The position numbers were made by a program, and so were the translations under genes. From Candidatus Latescibacterota bacterium (GTDB lineage Bacteria > Krumholzibacteriota > Krumholzibacteriia > WVZY01), in the NCBI GenBank assembly GCA_963791045.1, contig CAWBQK010000006.1, positions 288,001-352,000 on the forward strand: DNA of 64,000 nucleotides, written 5' to 3'. Of this stretch, positions 39,696 through 49,356 are shown piece by piece. A model generated the notes under the pieces. That model was not told where the DNA came from, searched no databases, and saw only the letters and a program-made list of their open reading frames with translations. Numbering within the stretch: position 1 is the stretch's first letter; each line of letters starts with the position of its first letter.

Positions 39696-41200
39696 ACGCA
39701 CCCAAAGCGAGCTGGTCTTTTCAGAATACGTCACTCGAGCGTAGCTTCATCTGGAGTCTTGCCATCACCGCACTGCCCGTAATCACGGGCTTCGTCGTGT
39801 CGTGGGTAATCGCGCGGTGGGCCGGTCCCTCGGTCGTTGGAACGGTGTCATGGGTGATGTCGTTCGCCACCACGCTTCTTATTCTCGCCAAGTTTGGTTT
39901 GGACCTGGCGACATCGAGATTGGCCAGTGAATACGGTGTGAAATCGCCCGGGAAGCTTCGCGCGCTTTTTCGCGCCGGGTTTGGCCTGCGGGCGGCGCTC
40001 ACATTTGTCGTGTCAATGAGCGCGCTTATATTCGCCCCGCAAATCGCGACGTTTTTCAACGACGCCGATCTTACCGCTCCGGTCCGCGTCGGCGCCGTCA
40101 TTGTAGTGTGCGCGAGTTTCTACGAATTCAAAGAAAACTTTCTGATCGGTCTCAACAGATTTAAAACCGTTTACAAGGTGCGGAGCCTCCATCTGTCACT
40201 TCGCATTGCTCTGACTATGCTGCTCGTTGTAACCGGCGCCGGCGCGACGAAGATTCTCGGCGGCTACTGTATCGCCTGGGTGATTGCGATCGTGGTGTAC
40301 GCCCTCCTGCTCTACAGGTTTTTGCCGCACGCCGATTCGCTGCCCGGGCCCGACGACCATTTCGGGCGTCTTGTCCGGATGAGCCTGGCGCTTGCGGTCA
40401 GCGGCGCGTCAGTGACGATTTATTCGCACATGGACAGGCTCATTCTCGGGTACTTCTCCGGCGTGGCGGAGGTGGGGCAGTACACAGTGGCGAGGAATAT
40501 CACCGAAGTGTCGCTTTTCCCCGTTTTCGCGGCGATGATGATGTTGCGGCCGGCGCTTGCATCGAGGTTCTCGACGGATGGGGTCGGGGAGTGCTCCAGG
40601 ATTATTCGCAACACCCTGAGGTTCGCGTTTGTGTCTGGAATCCTTTTCTGCTCGGTTTTTGTGGTTCTCGGCGCGCCCCTCGTCACGCTGGTTTTTTCGG
40701 AAGAGTTCGCTTACTCGGGGCAGCTGCTCGTCTTTTTTGTGGGAGTCATCGCTTTAAGGTCGCTGGGCGCGGTGATCCTCCCCGCGCTGATCGCGGCCGA
40801 ACGAACCCGATTGTACGCGTATTTGACTACCGCGTCGGCAATTACGTACTTCGCGCTGAGCCTTTATCTAGTGCCGCGTTTCGCGTCGAAGGGGGCTATC
40901 GTGGCGACGGTGATTTCGTACGGTTTGATTCTCGTTCTGGGACTCAGAGAGGTTTTCTCGATTTACCAGGTCAGGATTGGATGGCGTCCTTTATCACTTT
41001 TTTTTCGCACGATTCTTGCTGGAGCGATGGCGAGCGGCATTACGTGGCGGATTGTTGGACGATCGCCCGCCAACTGGACTGTGATCCCGTGGGCGCTGCT
41101 CATATCCGTTCTCTATCTAATTTTGATATTTGCACTTCGAGTTGGCAGTTTCAGCGAAGTTAAGGGTCTGCTGACTAACATGAAGCAAACAAATAAGTAA
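39692..41200 (+). CDS. Polysaccharide flippase (Wzx/MOP family)
   Basis: About 12-14 hydrophobic segments, D.LILG.F....VGQY motif, position in a sugar cluster. Confidence 0.85.
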   Translation: MNAPKASWSFQNTSLERSFIWSLAITALPVITGFVVSWVIARWAGPSVVGTVSWVMSFATTLLILAKFGLDLATSRLASEYGVKSPGKLRALFRAGFGLRAALTFVVSMSALIFAPQIATFFNDADLTAPVRVGAVIVVCASFYEFKENFLIGLNRFKTVYKVRSLHLSLRIALTMLLVVTGAGATKILGGYCIAWVIAIVVYALLLYRFLPHADSLPGPDDHFGRLVRMSLALAVSGASVTIYSHMDRLILGYFSGVAEVGQYTVARNITEVSLFPVFAAMMMLRPALASRFSTDGVGECSRIIRNTLRFAFVSGILFCSVFVVLGAPLVTLVFSEEFAYSGQLLVFFVGVIALRSLGAVILPALIAAERTRLYAYLTTASAITYFALSLYLVPRFASKGAIVATVISYGLILVLGLREVFSIYQVRIGWRPLSLFFRTILAGAMASGITWRIVGRSPANWTVIPWALLISVLYLILIFALRVGSFSEVKGLLTNMKQTNK

Positions 41201-41212
41201 CAGTTTTCCCGC

Positions 41213-41241
41213 TTGACAGGCCGCAAATGGCCAGATATCGT
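41213..41241 (+). promoter_or_regulatory. Putative sigma70 promoter
   Basis: TTGACA-17 nt-TATCGT upstream of the WecA-like gene. Confidence 0.5.
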
Positions 41242-41286
41242 CCACCTTGAGCGGGAGGGATTGAACAAAAAGTGTTAGGAGGAGGC

Positions 41287-42372
41287 TTGGCTGGTCTTCA
41301 CGCATTGGTGGCGTTTTCGCTTTCGTTCGTCGTGGTTGCTGCGTCGACGCCAATCATCAGAAGATACGCGCTTCAGTGGAAACTCGGTGACAAGCCTAAC
41401 GGGCGGAAGATCCACACGAGCACTATTCCGCACCTTGGTGGTATCGGGATGGTCATCGGTGTATTCGGAAGCCTCGGTGTTGTGGCCGGCTTCCTGGCCG
41501 CGCCCGGCTCCGGCCTTTCCGGATTCCTCCTCAAGATTCTGATCCCCGTGCTGATGGTCGCCGCGCTGGGTGTCACCGATGACACCAAGAATCTGCGGGC
41601 GAGCCAGAAACTCGCCATCCAGACTCTGGCCTCGATAATCATTGCCGTGTCGGGCATCCATCTTCTCTCCGGTATCCCGGCATTGGATTCGCATCTGATG
41701 TTCGTGATTATTCTGACAACATTCTATCTCGTTGGTATTTCGAGCTCGGTAAACCTCATCGATGGCCACGACGGATTGGCCGCCGGTGTGACGTGCATCT
41801 CGGCGATCGCGTTTGGCTTGACGGCGTTTCTTCTCGACGCCCCGGTTCTCGTTTGTACGTCGCTTGCCGTCGCCGGGTCATGTTTGGGATTTCTTCTTTA
41901 TAATTTCCCCCCAGGCAAGATCTTCATGGGCGATACGGGCAGTCTTTTTCTTGGAATCATTCTCGGCATTCTCGCTTGTTCGGTTACGATGCTCGCCCCC
42001 AGCGTGAATACATTTTTCGGTGTTTGTTTTATCCTCTCGATCCCGATGCTCGATTCGTGGCTCGCGATCGCGAGACGCGTCGCGCTGCGACGACCGGTGT
42101 TTGAGGCGGACTGCATGCACATACATCATGTGTTGAGGTCTTTTGGTTTCTCTCCTCGCAAGACACTCGTGATTCTCTATTCGATGCAGGCCGTGATGGC
42201 CGTGTTTGGTGTTCTTGCCATCAAGGGGTTTGTTTTTCCGATCATCGCCGGGCTCGCGTTCCTGCTCCTCGTCTTCGTCGCTTTTTACAGGATGATGGTG
42301 GTGTCGAAAGGGACTCAGCCTGAGTTGTCTTCGGAATTTGTTCCCGGTTCGATCCCCTCTCTTGAGAAGTAG
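41287..42372 (+). CDS. wecA: Undecaprenyl-phosphate GlcNAc-1-phosphate transferase (WecA/MraY GT4 family)
   Basis: DKP..RKIH..IPHLGG, G..DD, NLIDGHDGLA, YNFPP.KIFMGDTGS, D..HIHH; AGGAGG RBS. Confidence 0.88.
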   Translation: MAGLHALVAFSLSFVVVAASTPIIRRYALQWKLGDKPNGRKIHTSTIPHLGGIGMVIGVFGSLGVVAGFLAAPGSGLSGFLLKILIPVLMVAALGVTDDTKNLRASQKLAIQTLASIIIAVSGIHLLSGIPALDSHLMFVIILTTFYLVGISSSVNLIDGHDGLAAGVTCISAIAFGLTAFLLDAPVLVCTSLAVAGSCLGFLLYNFPPGKIFMGDTGSLFLGIILGILACSVTMLAPSVNTFFGVCFILSIPMLDSWLAIARRVALRRPVFEADCMHIHHVLRSFGFSPRKTLVILYSMQAVMAVFGVLAIKGFVFPIIAGLAFLLLVFVAFYRMMVVSKGTQPELSSEFVPGSIPSLEK

Positions 42373-42411
42373 TTACAGCACTAGAATCCCTTCCGCGCGC
42401 GTTTTCCCCCG

Positions 42412-42440
42412 TTGACGATGACGGTCTTGTGTGGTATTTA
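42412..42440 (+). promoter_or_regulatory. Putative sigma70 promoter of hemC-like/serS
   Basis: TTGACG-17 nt-TATTTA with an extended -10 TG. Confidence 0.5.
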
Positions 42441-42492
42441 TTAGTCCACTCAGGTGTCGCGTTTTTTCCGCCCATACGTCGGGAGTTCGACC

Positions 42493-43416
42493 GTGCCCAC
42501 GATGACCCGCTGCCGGATCGCGAGTGACGTTGACTATCTCTCCAAGCTTGAGTTGGAAGAAGTAGCGCAACGGCTCAAGGAAGAGGCGCCAAAGCTTTCG
42601 GTCGAACAAGTTGTTTCGGAAGACGAAAAATCCGGCGCCGGCAGTCGCGACACACCGAATTCGCCGTCGCGTGTCGCCGGTTTGATGACGGGATTGCTCG
42701 AAGAACAATTCGATGCAATTGTTGTCAACGCCGCTTACCTGCCTTCGAGACTTCCAGCGGGTTTGACCCTCGGTGCGATCACCAACCGGCTCACACCTTT
42801 TGATGTTTTGATATCCGAATCCGAGCGTCTTCTCGACGAATTGGTTTCGAACGCCGTCGTCGTGGCGAACGACGCTCGCCGCGAAGCGCAGCTCTTGTAC
42901 TATCGGCCGGATCTCAAGATCGTTAAATCAAGAGGCAGCGTCGATTCGATCATCCAGAAGGTGAAAAACGAGAAGATCGATGGAGCCGTTCTGGCCGCCA
43001 GCGATGTAGAGCGGCTTCACAAACAGGATCATGTTGTCGAGTTTCTTACTTGTTCTATTTGTATTCCCGCGGCCGGCCAGGGTTCACTGGCTGTTCTCGT
43101 ACGGTCGGACGAGGACCTGGTCAAGAAAGCCATCCACGGGATCAATCACCCCGCTTCTTATGGTGAAATCATCGCCGAATGGGCCTTCCTCGATCATCTC
43201 AAAGTGACCGAGAACATGCCGGTGGGCGTCCTCGGAAGCATCGAGGGCAAGGCGCTCGAGCTCGAAGGGATGGTCGCGTCGGCGGATGGTCGCGAGAGAA
43301 TCCATTCGGTCGTCAAGGGGTCGGTTGGGCACGAGGTCGAATTGGGACAGAAACTTGCGCAAGAGGTTCTCGAAGCGGGTGGACAAGAGTTATTGCGCGA
43401 GATGAACCTCCATTGA
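42493..43416 (+). CDS. Porphobilinogen deaminase (HemC)-fold protein lacking catalytic residues
   Basis: Collinear with HemC (LP..LP.GL.LGAI..R, RREAQL...RPDL, RG.V, D..VLA....RL, PAAGQG.L, AE.AFL, LG..LA..L...G) but without VHSLKD and GGC. Confidence 0.8.
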   Translation: MPTMTRCRIASDVDYLSKLELEEVAQRLKEEAPKLSVEQVVSEDEKSGAGSRDTPNSPSRVAGLMTGLLEEQFDAIVVNAAYLPSRLPAGLTLGAITNRLTPFDVLISESERLLDELVSNAVVVANDARREAQLLYYRPDLKIVKSRGSVDSIIQKVKNEKIDGAVLAASDVERLHKQDHVVEFLTCSICIPAAGQGSLAVLVRSDEDLVKKAIHGINHPASYGEIIAEWAFLDHLKVTENMPVGVLGSIEGKALELEGMVASADGRERIHSVVKGSVGHEVELGQKLAQEVLEAGGQELLREMNLH

Positions 43417-43447
43417 TTCCCCTTACATTCCCAGGAGAAAAATAAAA

Positions 43448-44716
43448 GTGTTGGACCGCCGTCTAATTCGCGATGCCCCGGAACGGGTTATCGAGGGAGT
43501 TAAGTCCAAAAACGTTGATGTGGATATCGACAAAGTGATTGCTCTCGACCGTCGGCTTCTCGACAACATGCGGGAGAGCGAAGAACTCAAACACGAGAGA
43601 AACGTGAAGAGCGAAGAGGTTGGGGCGAAGAAAAGGGCGGGGGAGAATGCAGATGAGCTTCACGCATACCTGAAGGAGCTTTCCCGGAAGATCAAGGATT
43701 TCGAGGCAAAAGACAAAGAGATTACCGCGGAACTGGAAGCCTTGCTTCTTACGATTCCCAATCTACCGCACGAGAGCGTGCCTGTTGGCATGGACGAGAC
43801 GGGCAATGTCGTCCGCCGCGAATGGGGGGAATTGAAAGAAGAGATTTTTGAAGTCAAACCGCACTGGGAGATCGGGGAACAGCTCGGTATTCTCGATCTC
43901 GAGGCCGGGCGAAAAATATCCGGGCGCGGCTTTATCGTTTTTCGGCGGGATGGTGCGCGGTTGTGCCGGGCGCTGATCAATTTGATGCTCGATGTTCATG
44001 GAAAGCAGGGGTACGACGAGGTGCTCGTGCCTTATCTCGTCAATCGCGATTCGATGATTGGAACCGGACAGCTTCCCAAAATGAAAGAGGACATGTACCA
44101 TTGCGAGATCGACGACCTCTTTCTGGTTCCCACGGCCGAGGTGCCCGTGACAAACATCGACCGTGACAATTCCTTTCCGGTGGATGATTTGCCGGCCAGG
44201 TATACGGCGTACAGTCCGTGTTTTCGCCGGGAGGCGGGGAGCCACGGTGCGGACACGCGAGGCCTTCTCCGTGTCCACCAGTTCGACAAGGTGGAGATGG
44301 TCAAGATCGTGTACCCCGATAGTTCGTACGATGAACTCGAGACGTTGACGAGAGATGCCTGCGAAATAATTGAGCTGCTCGGACTCCCGTACCGGGTTCT
44401 CGAGCTTTGCTCGGGGGATCTTAGCTTTGCGGCGGCGAAATGTTATGATCTCGAAGTGTACGCGCCGGGTGTGGCGAAGTGGCTCGAAGTGTCGTCGTGC
44501 AGCAACTTTGAGGATTTCCAGGCGCGGCGCACAAATATAAAAATCAAGAAAACAAAGGGTGAAAAACACCGGTTCGTCCATACGCTCAACGGGTCCGGTC
44601 TCGCTTTGCCGCGAATCGTTGCCGCCATTCTGGAACATCACCAAACACCAACCGGAAGAATACGGTTGCCCCAGGCGCTGATTCCATATATGGGCGGTCA
44701 GGAATTTCTGGGCTGA
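43448..44716 (+). CDS. serS: Serine--tRNA ligase
   Basis: MLD, IPNLPH, GTGQLPK, PTAEVP, CFRREAG, RVHQFDKVE, EVSSCSN..DFQARR, HTLNGSGLA. Confidence 0.98.
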   Translation: MLDRRLIRDAPERVIEGVKSKNVDVDIDKVIALDRRLLDNMRESEELKHERNVKSEEVGAKKRAGENADELHAYLKELSRKIKDFEAKDKEITAELEALLLTIPNLPHESVPVGMDETGNVVRREWGELKEEIFEVKPHWEIGEQLGILDLEAGRKISGRGFIVFRRDGARLCRALINLMLDVHGKQGYDEVLVPYLVNRDSMIGTGQLPKMKEDMYHCEIDDLFLVPTAEVPVTNIDRDNSFPVDDLPARYTAYSPCFRREAGSHGADTRGLLRVHQFDKVEMVKIVYPDSSYDELETLTRDACEIIELLGLPYRVLELCSGDLSFAAAKCYDLEVYAPGVAKWLEVSSCSNFEDFQARRTNIKIKKTKGEKHRFVHTLNGSGLALPRIVAAILEHHQTPTGRIRLPQALIPYMGGQEFLG

Positions 44717-44740
44717 TACGACCAATTCAGAATCGGTACA

Positions 44741-45997
44741 ATGGGTCTTTTTTCGGATTACCGGGGAAACATACGCTTCTGGCTCAAGAGCTACCTCTTC
44801 CTGGGCGTAGCGCTCTTGATCCTGCTAGTGCTGCTCTATACAAACCGGGTTATCCAGCGTATGGAAGAGCAGTCGCAGGCAACCACCCGCCTCTTTTCGC
44901 GATTTATTGCCGAGGTGGTTCTCCAGGTCGATGATACCGGCAAGGAAAACATCCTCCAGGATGTTCTCGCGGAAATCAAACTTCCTATCATACTCACCGA
45001 CGCCGAAGGTCGCCCGTTCGCGTGGCACCGCGTGGGAATTCCGGAGCCGGCCGATGACGAGTTCGAATCTCTCTTTTTGATAGACCCCGAGAATCCGCCA
45101 CCGGGAAATATAAGCGATCTTATCGAACTCACACACAAGTTCGATTCGGCGAACGAGCCGATCCCGGTTAGTTTTGGCCCCGAGGGCGCCGTACAGGCAT
45201 ACGTCCACTTTGGCCCGTCGCGGCTGCAGAATGAGCTTCGGTTGATGCCGTTCATTCAGCTGGCGCTCTTCCTTGTTTTTATGGCAGTTGGGCTCCAGGG
45301 ATTCCGGTACCTCAAGTTGAGCGAACAGCGTTCGATTTGGGTCGGCATGGCCAAAGAGACCGCCCACCAGCTCGGAACTCCGCTTTCGGCGCTTCTCGGA
45401 TGGACCCATCTGATAAAAGATCAGGTGAGTGAAAACCGCACCGATGCCATCGCGGCATCGGTCGAAGAGATGGAAGAGGATCTAAAACGGCTGAGCAAGG
45501 TCACCGAACGTTTTAGCAAGATCGGTTCGCGCCCCGAGCTCAACAACGTAAGTGTCTCCGAAGTTCTCGACCGCACGGCTGAGTATTTTCACCGGAGACT
45601 TCCAACGCTTAAAGCTGATTCCACCCTGTCATTGAATCTCGAAGAAACACCGTTGATTCGAGGAAATGCGGAGCTTCTCGAATGGGTCTTCGAGAATCTT
45701 ATAAAGAACGGGCTCGACGCGCTCGGAGACAAAGGCGGCGGAATCGAAATTAGCACCCGTTACGATCCCGATCGAAAAAAAGTCGACGTGTTCGTCAAGG
45801 ATTCCGGTAAAGGTGTTCCCGCCTCTCATCGGGAACGTATCTTCTCGCCCGGGTTTACAACAAAGAAGAGGGGGTGGGGTTTGGGGCTGGCGCTGACGCG
45901 CCGGATCGTCGAGGAATATCACGGTGGAGATCTGCGGCTTGCCGAGTCCCAGCCGGGGAAGGGAAGCACGTTTCTCGTCCGGTTCCCGATCGCGTAG
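44741..45997 (+). CDS. Membrane sensor histidine kinase
   Basis: Two TM segments, H-box KETAHQLGTPLS, N-box ENLIKNGLDA, D.G.G, FSPGFTTK, GWGLGL. Confidence 0.93.
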   Translation: MGLFSDYRGNIRFWLKSYLFLGVALLILLVLLYTNRVIQRMEEQSQATTRLFSRFIAEVVLQVDDTGKENILQDVLAEIKLPIILTDAEGRPFAWHRVGIPEPADDEFESLFLIDPENPPPGNISDLIELTHKFDSANEPIPVSFGPEGAVQAYVHFGPSRLQNELRLMPFIQLALFLVFMAVGLQGFRYLKLSEQRSIWVGMAKETAHQLGTPLSALLGWTHLIKDQVSENRTDAIAASVEEMEEDLKRLSKVTERFSKIGSRPELNNVSVSEVLDRTAEYFHRRLPTLKADSTLSLNLEETPLIRGNAELLEWVFENLIKNGLDALGDKGGGIEISTRYDPDRKKVDVFVKDSGKGVPASHRERIFSPGFTTKKRGWGLGLALTRRIVEEYHGGDLRLAESQPGKGSTFLVRFPIA

Positions 45998-46101
45998 CAA
46001 TACCCGGTTAAAATACGGTATCCTCCTTCCCCGCGGCACCTTATATTGTCATCAGTCAGAGTTGTCGTGCGGCTTCAGCACAAATACAAAAAGGAAACAA
46101 A

Positions 46102-47652
46102 TTGGCGCAACAGCATATATTGTGGGTCGACGACGAGATCGAACTCCTCAAATCACATATTCGCTATCTCGAGGGCAAGGGCTATCGGGTGAGCACAGCG
46201 GCCAACGGAGAGGATGCGATCCGGCTTGTTGGAAGCGAGAAGTTCGACATCCTCTTGCTCGACGAGTCCATGCCCGGCAAGGGCGGTCTGGAGACGCTAA
46301 CGGAGATCAAGGATCTCGACCCCGGTCTCCAGGTCGTGATGATTACCAAGAATGAAGCCGAACAACTGATGGATGACGCGATCGGCATGCAGATCGCGGA
46401 CTATCTTCTCAAGCCGGTCAACCCGATGCAGATCCATTCGGCGTGCAAGCGGATTCTCGACTCGCACCGGCTCCAGGAAGATCGGTTTTCACAAGACTAT
46501 GTCAAAGAGTTCACCAACATCCATTCGCTCATCGAAGACGATTCGTGGGAGAGCTGGGTGACGATCCATTCCAAATTGAGCCGGTGGGATCTCGAGTTCG
46601 ATAGATTTCGCGACAGCGGGCTCGAAGACACGCACGACGACCAGAAGCAACAGACGAGCATGCACTTCAGCCGGTTCATCGAGAAACACTACCGCGATTG
46701 GGTCGCCTCCGAGGATCGCCCGCCGCTGAGTGTGGATATTTTTAAGAATTTTGTCGCGCCACAGATGAAGCAGAACGACAACGTGATGTTTATCGTCATC
46801 GACTGCGTGCGGCTCGACCAGTGGTTTATTATCGAGGAGATCCTCAGGGACGAATTCGATATCCGCAGAGATTACTACGTTTCGATTCTTCCCACCGCAA
46901 CGCCCTATTCACGCAACGCAATATTCAGCGGGCTTTTCCCCGACGAAATCGCGCGAAAGTATCCGCAGAGGTGGCTCGAGCGGTCAAAGGATGAAATCAG
47001 CAAAAACCGTTTCGAAGAATACTTTCTCGGCGAACAGATGAAGCGCCACGGATTCGACGCCACCAAAATGAAGTATTCGAAGATCTACGCCGTTCAGGAA
47101 GCCAACGAGTTGAAAAAGAAGGTGGACGCGCTGGTGTCGCTTCCGTTCAACGCGATGGTTTTCAACGTTGTCGACATTCTCACTCACGGACGAAATCAGT
47201 CGGAAATCCTCCAGCAAATCGCGCCGGATGAATCGGCGTTCCGGTCCGTGGTTCGTTCGTGGTTTTCACATTCGGTCTTGCTCGAAATTCTCAGGGCGTG
47301 TGCCCGCAAAAAAGTCCCTGTTGTAATGACCACCGACCATGGGTCGATTCTTGGACGCCGTGCGAGTCTCGTCTACGGCCGTCGTGACACGTCGACCAAC
47401 CTCCGGTATAAATTCGGCGACAATCTCAAGTGCGACGAGAAACAGGCGATCGTGACCCGCAAACCGGGCGAGTATCGTTTGCCGGCCGAATCAAAAACAA
47501 AAACCTATCTCTTTGCCAAAGAGTATTTTTATTTTGTTTACCCGACGAATTTCCGCGATTATGAGAAGCATTATCAGGGCAGTTTTCAACACGGGGGTGT
47601 ATCCCTCGAAGAGATGATTCTCCCTTGTTTAACCCTGACGCCAAAATCCTGA
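46102..47652 (+). CDS. porX: PorX-like response regulator (receiver plus PglZ alkaline-phosphatase-fold domain)
   Basis: WVDDEI...LLDE.MPG...MITK receiver; IVIDC.R.DQW, ILPTATPYSRNAIFSG, VDILTH, TTDHG, NLRYK.G, FQHGG.SLEEM; tsaE directly downstream. Confidence 0.85.
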   Translation: MAQQHILWVDDEIELLKSHIRYLEGKGYRVSTAANGEDAIRLVGSEKFDILLLDESMPGKGGLETLTEIKDLDPGLQVVMITKNEAEQLMDDAIGMQIADYLLKPVNPMQIHSACKRILDSHRLQEDRFSQDYVKEFTNIHSLIEDDSWESWVTIHSKLSRWDLEFDRFRDSGLEDTHDDQKQQTSMHFSRFIEKHYRDWVASEDRPPLSVDIFKNFVAPQMKQNDNVMFIVIDCVRLDQWFIIEEILRDEFDIRRDYYVSILPTATPYSRNAIFSGLFPDEIARKYPQRWLERSKDEISKNRFEEYFLGEQMKRHGFDATKMKYSKIYAVQEANELKKKVDALVSLPFNAMVFNVVDILTHGRNQSEILQQIAPDESAFRSVVRSWFSHSVLLEILRACARKKVPVVMTTDHGSILGRRASLVYGRRDTSTNLRYKFGDNLKCDEKQAIVTRKPGEYRLPAESKTKTYLFAKEYFYFVYPTNFRDYEKHYQGSFQHGGVSLEEMILPCLTLTPKS

Positions 47653-47661
47653 CAGCAAAAA

Positions 47662-48126
47662 ATGCGAACCGAGAATATAGTCATCCAAACTACATCGGAA
47701 TCCGCGACCACGGATCTGGGCGCGGCGCTGGGCCGCCGGATCGAGGGGGGCGTGTGCATTTGTCTCGTCGGTTCTCTTGGCGTCGGCAAGTCCGTGTTCG
47801 TGCGCGGCCTGTGCAGGGGATTGGATGTGCGTGAAGATGTGCTCAGCCCGACGTTTATTTTGTTCGAGGAGTACGCGGGGAGACTGCCGGTCATCCACCT
47901 CGATTTGTACAGACTCGAGCACGAGAGCGACATCGAAGAGCTCGGTGTTTTTGACCGGATTGGTGACGGTTCGGTGGTGGTTGTGGAGTGGGGGGAGCGT
48001 TCGGAGTATATTTTTGATGTGTCCGATGTCGTTTTGACCCTGGAGATCACCGGCGAGAACGCTCGCAAGATAAGCGTCAGTTGCGGCAGCGAACACGCGT
48101 ATTTATTCGAAGGACTAAAGCCTTGA
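47662..48126 (+). CDS. tsaE: t6A biosynthesis ATPase TsaE
   Basis: G.LGVGKS, SPTF, HLDLYRL, VEWGE. Confidence 0.93.
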   Translation: MRTENIVIQTTSESATTDLGAALGRRIEGGVCICLVGSLGVGKSVFVRGLCRGLDVREDVLSPTFILFEEYAGRLPVIHLDLYRLEHESDIEELGVFDRIGDGSVVVVEWGERSEYIFDVSDVVLTLEITGENARKISVSCGSEHAYLFEGLKP

Positions 48127-48851
48127 AGATTCTTGCCGTCGATACATCTCAACCCGTCGGAAGTGTCGCGCTTTCCAGCGACGGCGACCATGTCGGCAGT
48201 GTCCGGCTCGGGAGTTCCGAATCGCATCTCGTGGAACTCGGGCGATCGATAGATGGGCTCTTGAAAACGGGGGGCATCGCGATTACCTCCATCGACAGAG
48301 TGGCCGTCGTCACGGGGCCGGGGAGTTTTACCGGTCTTCGAATCGGAATGGCGTACGTCAAGGGGCTCCACGCGGCCCTGCGGATGGATCTGGTCGGGAT
48401 AACGAGCCTCGAACTGCTCGCCCGCCAGATGGGGTCGGTGGGGAAGTCCGTCGTGCCGATGATCGATGCCCGCAAAGATGAAGTGTACGTGTCGTATTAC
48501 GAGTCCCGCGAAGGCACGGGAGAGGCTGCCGACCGGGGATCCAGGCTCGAAGAAAAAATCCCGGCTCGCGCCGTCGCTCCCGCCGAGTTTATCGCGGGTC
48601 TCGATGTCCGCCCGACGGTATTTGTCGGCTCGGGTGCTGTGAGATACGCCGGGGAGATTGAAAAGGTTTTTGGCGAATTCGCCGCCGGGCCGGCGGATGG
48701 GAAGCACGAACCCGATACGGCTCTTTTGTGCTGTATCGCCGCGGAATTGGAACCGCTCGACCCCGATGCCATTGAAGCTCTGGAACCGTTCTACGTCCGG
48801 CCGACCGACGCTAAGCTAAAACCACTCAAAGGGTTACACGCGCATGACTAG
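48123..48851 (+). CDS. tsaB: t6A biosynthesis protein TsaB
   Basis: ILAVDTS, GPGSFTGLRIG, IDARKDEVY, LEPFYVR. Confidence 0.93.
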   Translation: MKILAVDTSQPVGSVALSSDGDHVGSVRLGSSESHLVELGRSIDGLLKTGGIAITSIDRVAVVTGPGSFTGLRIGMAYVKGLHAALRMDLVGITSLELLARQMGSVGKSVVPMIDARKDEVYVSYYESREGTGEAADRGSRLEEKIPARAVAPAEFIAGLDVRPTVFVGSGAVRYAGEIEKVFGEFAAGPADGKHEPDTALLCCIAAELEPLDPDAIEALEPFYVRPTDAKLKPLKGLHAHD

Positions 48852-49356
48852 GGTGGACATAATCCCGATGGAGATGGGACATCTCGACGAGATACTCACG
48901 ATCGAGGAGATCGTTTTTCCCACACCATGGACGCGGGGGATGTTCGAGCAGGAGATCATGCGGCGCGAAGTCCTCCAGGGCCCCGGTTCCTACGCCGTGG
49001 TTGCGATTCACGAGGGCGAGGTCATCGCCTACTCGATTGCTTGGATGCTTCTCGATGAAGCACACCTTGTCAATATCGCCGTCCGGCCGGATCACCAGGA
49101 ACACGGTGTCGGCACACTGCTCGTCAATCACTTGATCGACGAAGCATGCCGCACCGACAAAATCATCATTACACTCGAAGTCCGCGAGAGCAACCTCTCC
49201 GCCCAGGCGTTTTACCGAGGGTTTCTTTTTCGGGAGATCGGTGTCCGGAGGAGGTACTACTCGGACAACCGCGAAAACGCCGTTCTCATGATCCTCGATC
49301 TCAACCCCATAATTGAGCGGAGGCGACTTGGCACCGGCAGATCCGAAGAAGACTGA
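48844..49356 (+). CDS. rimI: Ribosomal-protein-alanine N-acetyltransferase RimI
   Basis: F.TPW, EAHLVNIAV.P, LEVRESN..A..FY, G.R..YY.D..E.A..M. Confidence 0.9.
   Translation: MTRVDIIPMEMGHLDEILTIEEIVFPTPWTRGMFEQEIMRREVLQGPGSYAVVAIHEGEVIAYSIAWMLLDEAHLVNIAVRPDHQEHGVGTLLVNHLIDEACRTDKIIITLEVRESNLSAQAFYRGFLFREIGVRRRYYSDNRENAVLMILDLNPIIERRRLGTGRSEED

Noticed and set aside
46102-47652. BREX defence system (PglZ domain)
   Set aside because: The PglZ domain is fused to a receiver as in PorX, and no brxC, pglX or brxL is nearby.
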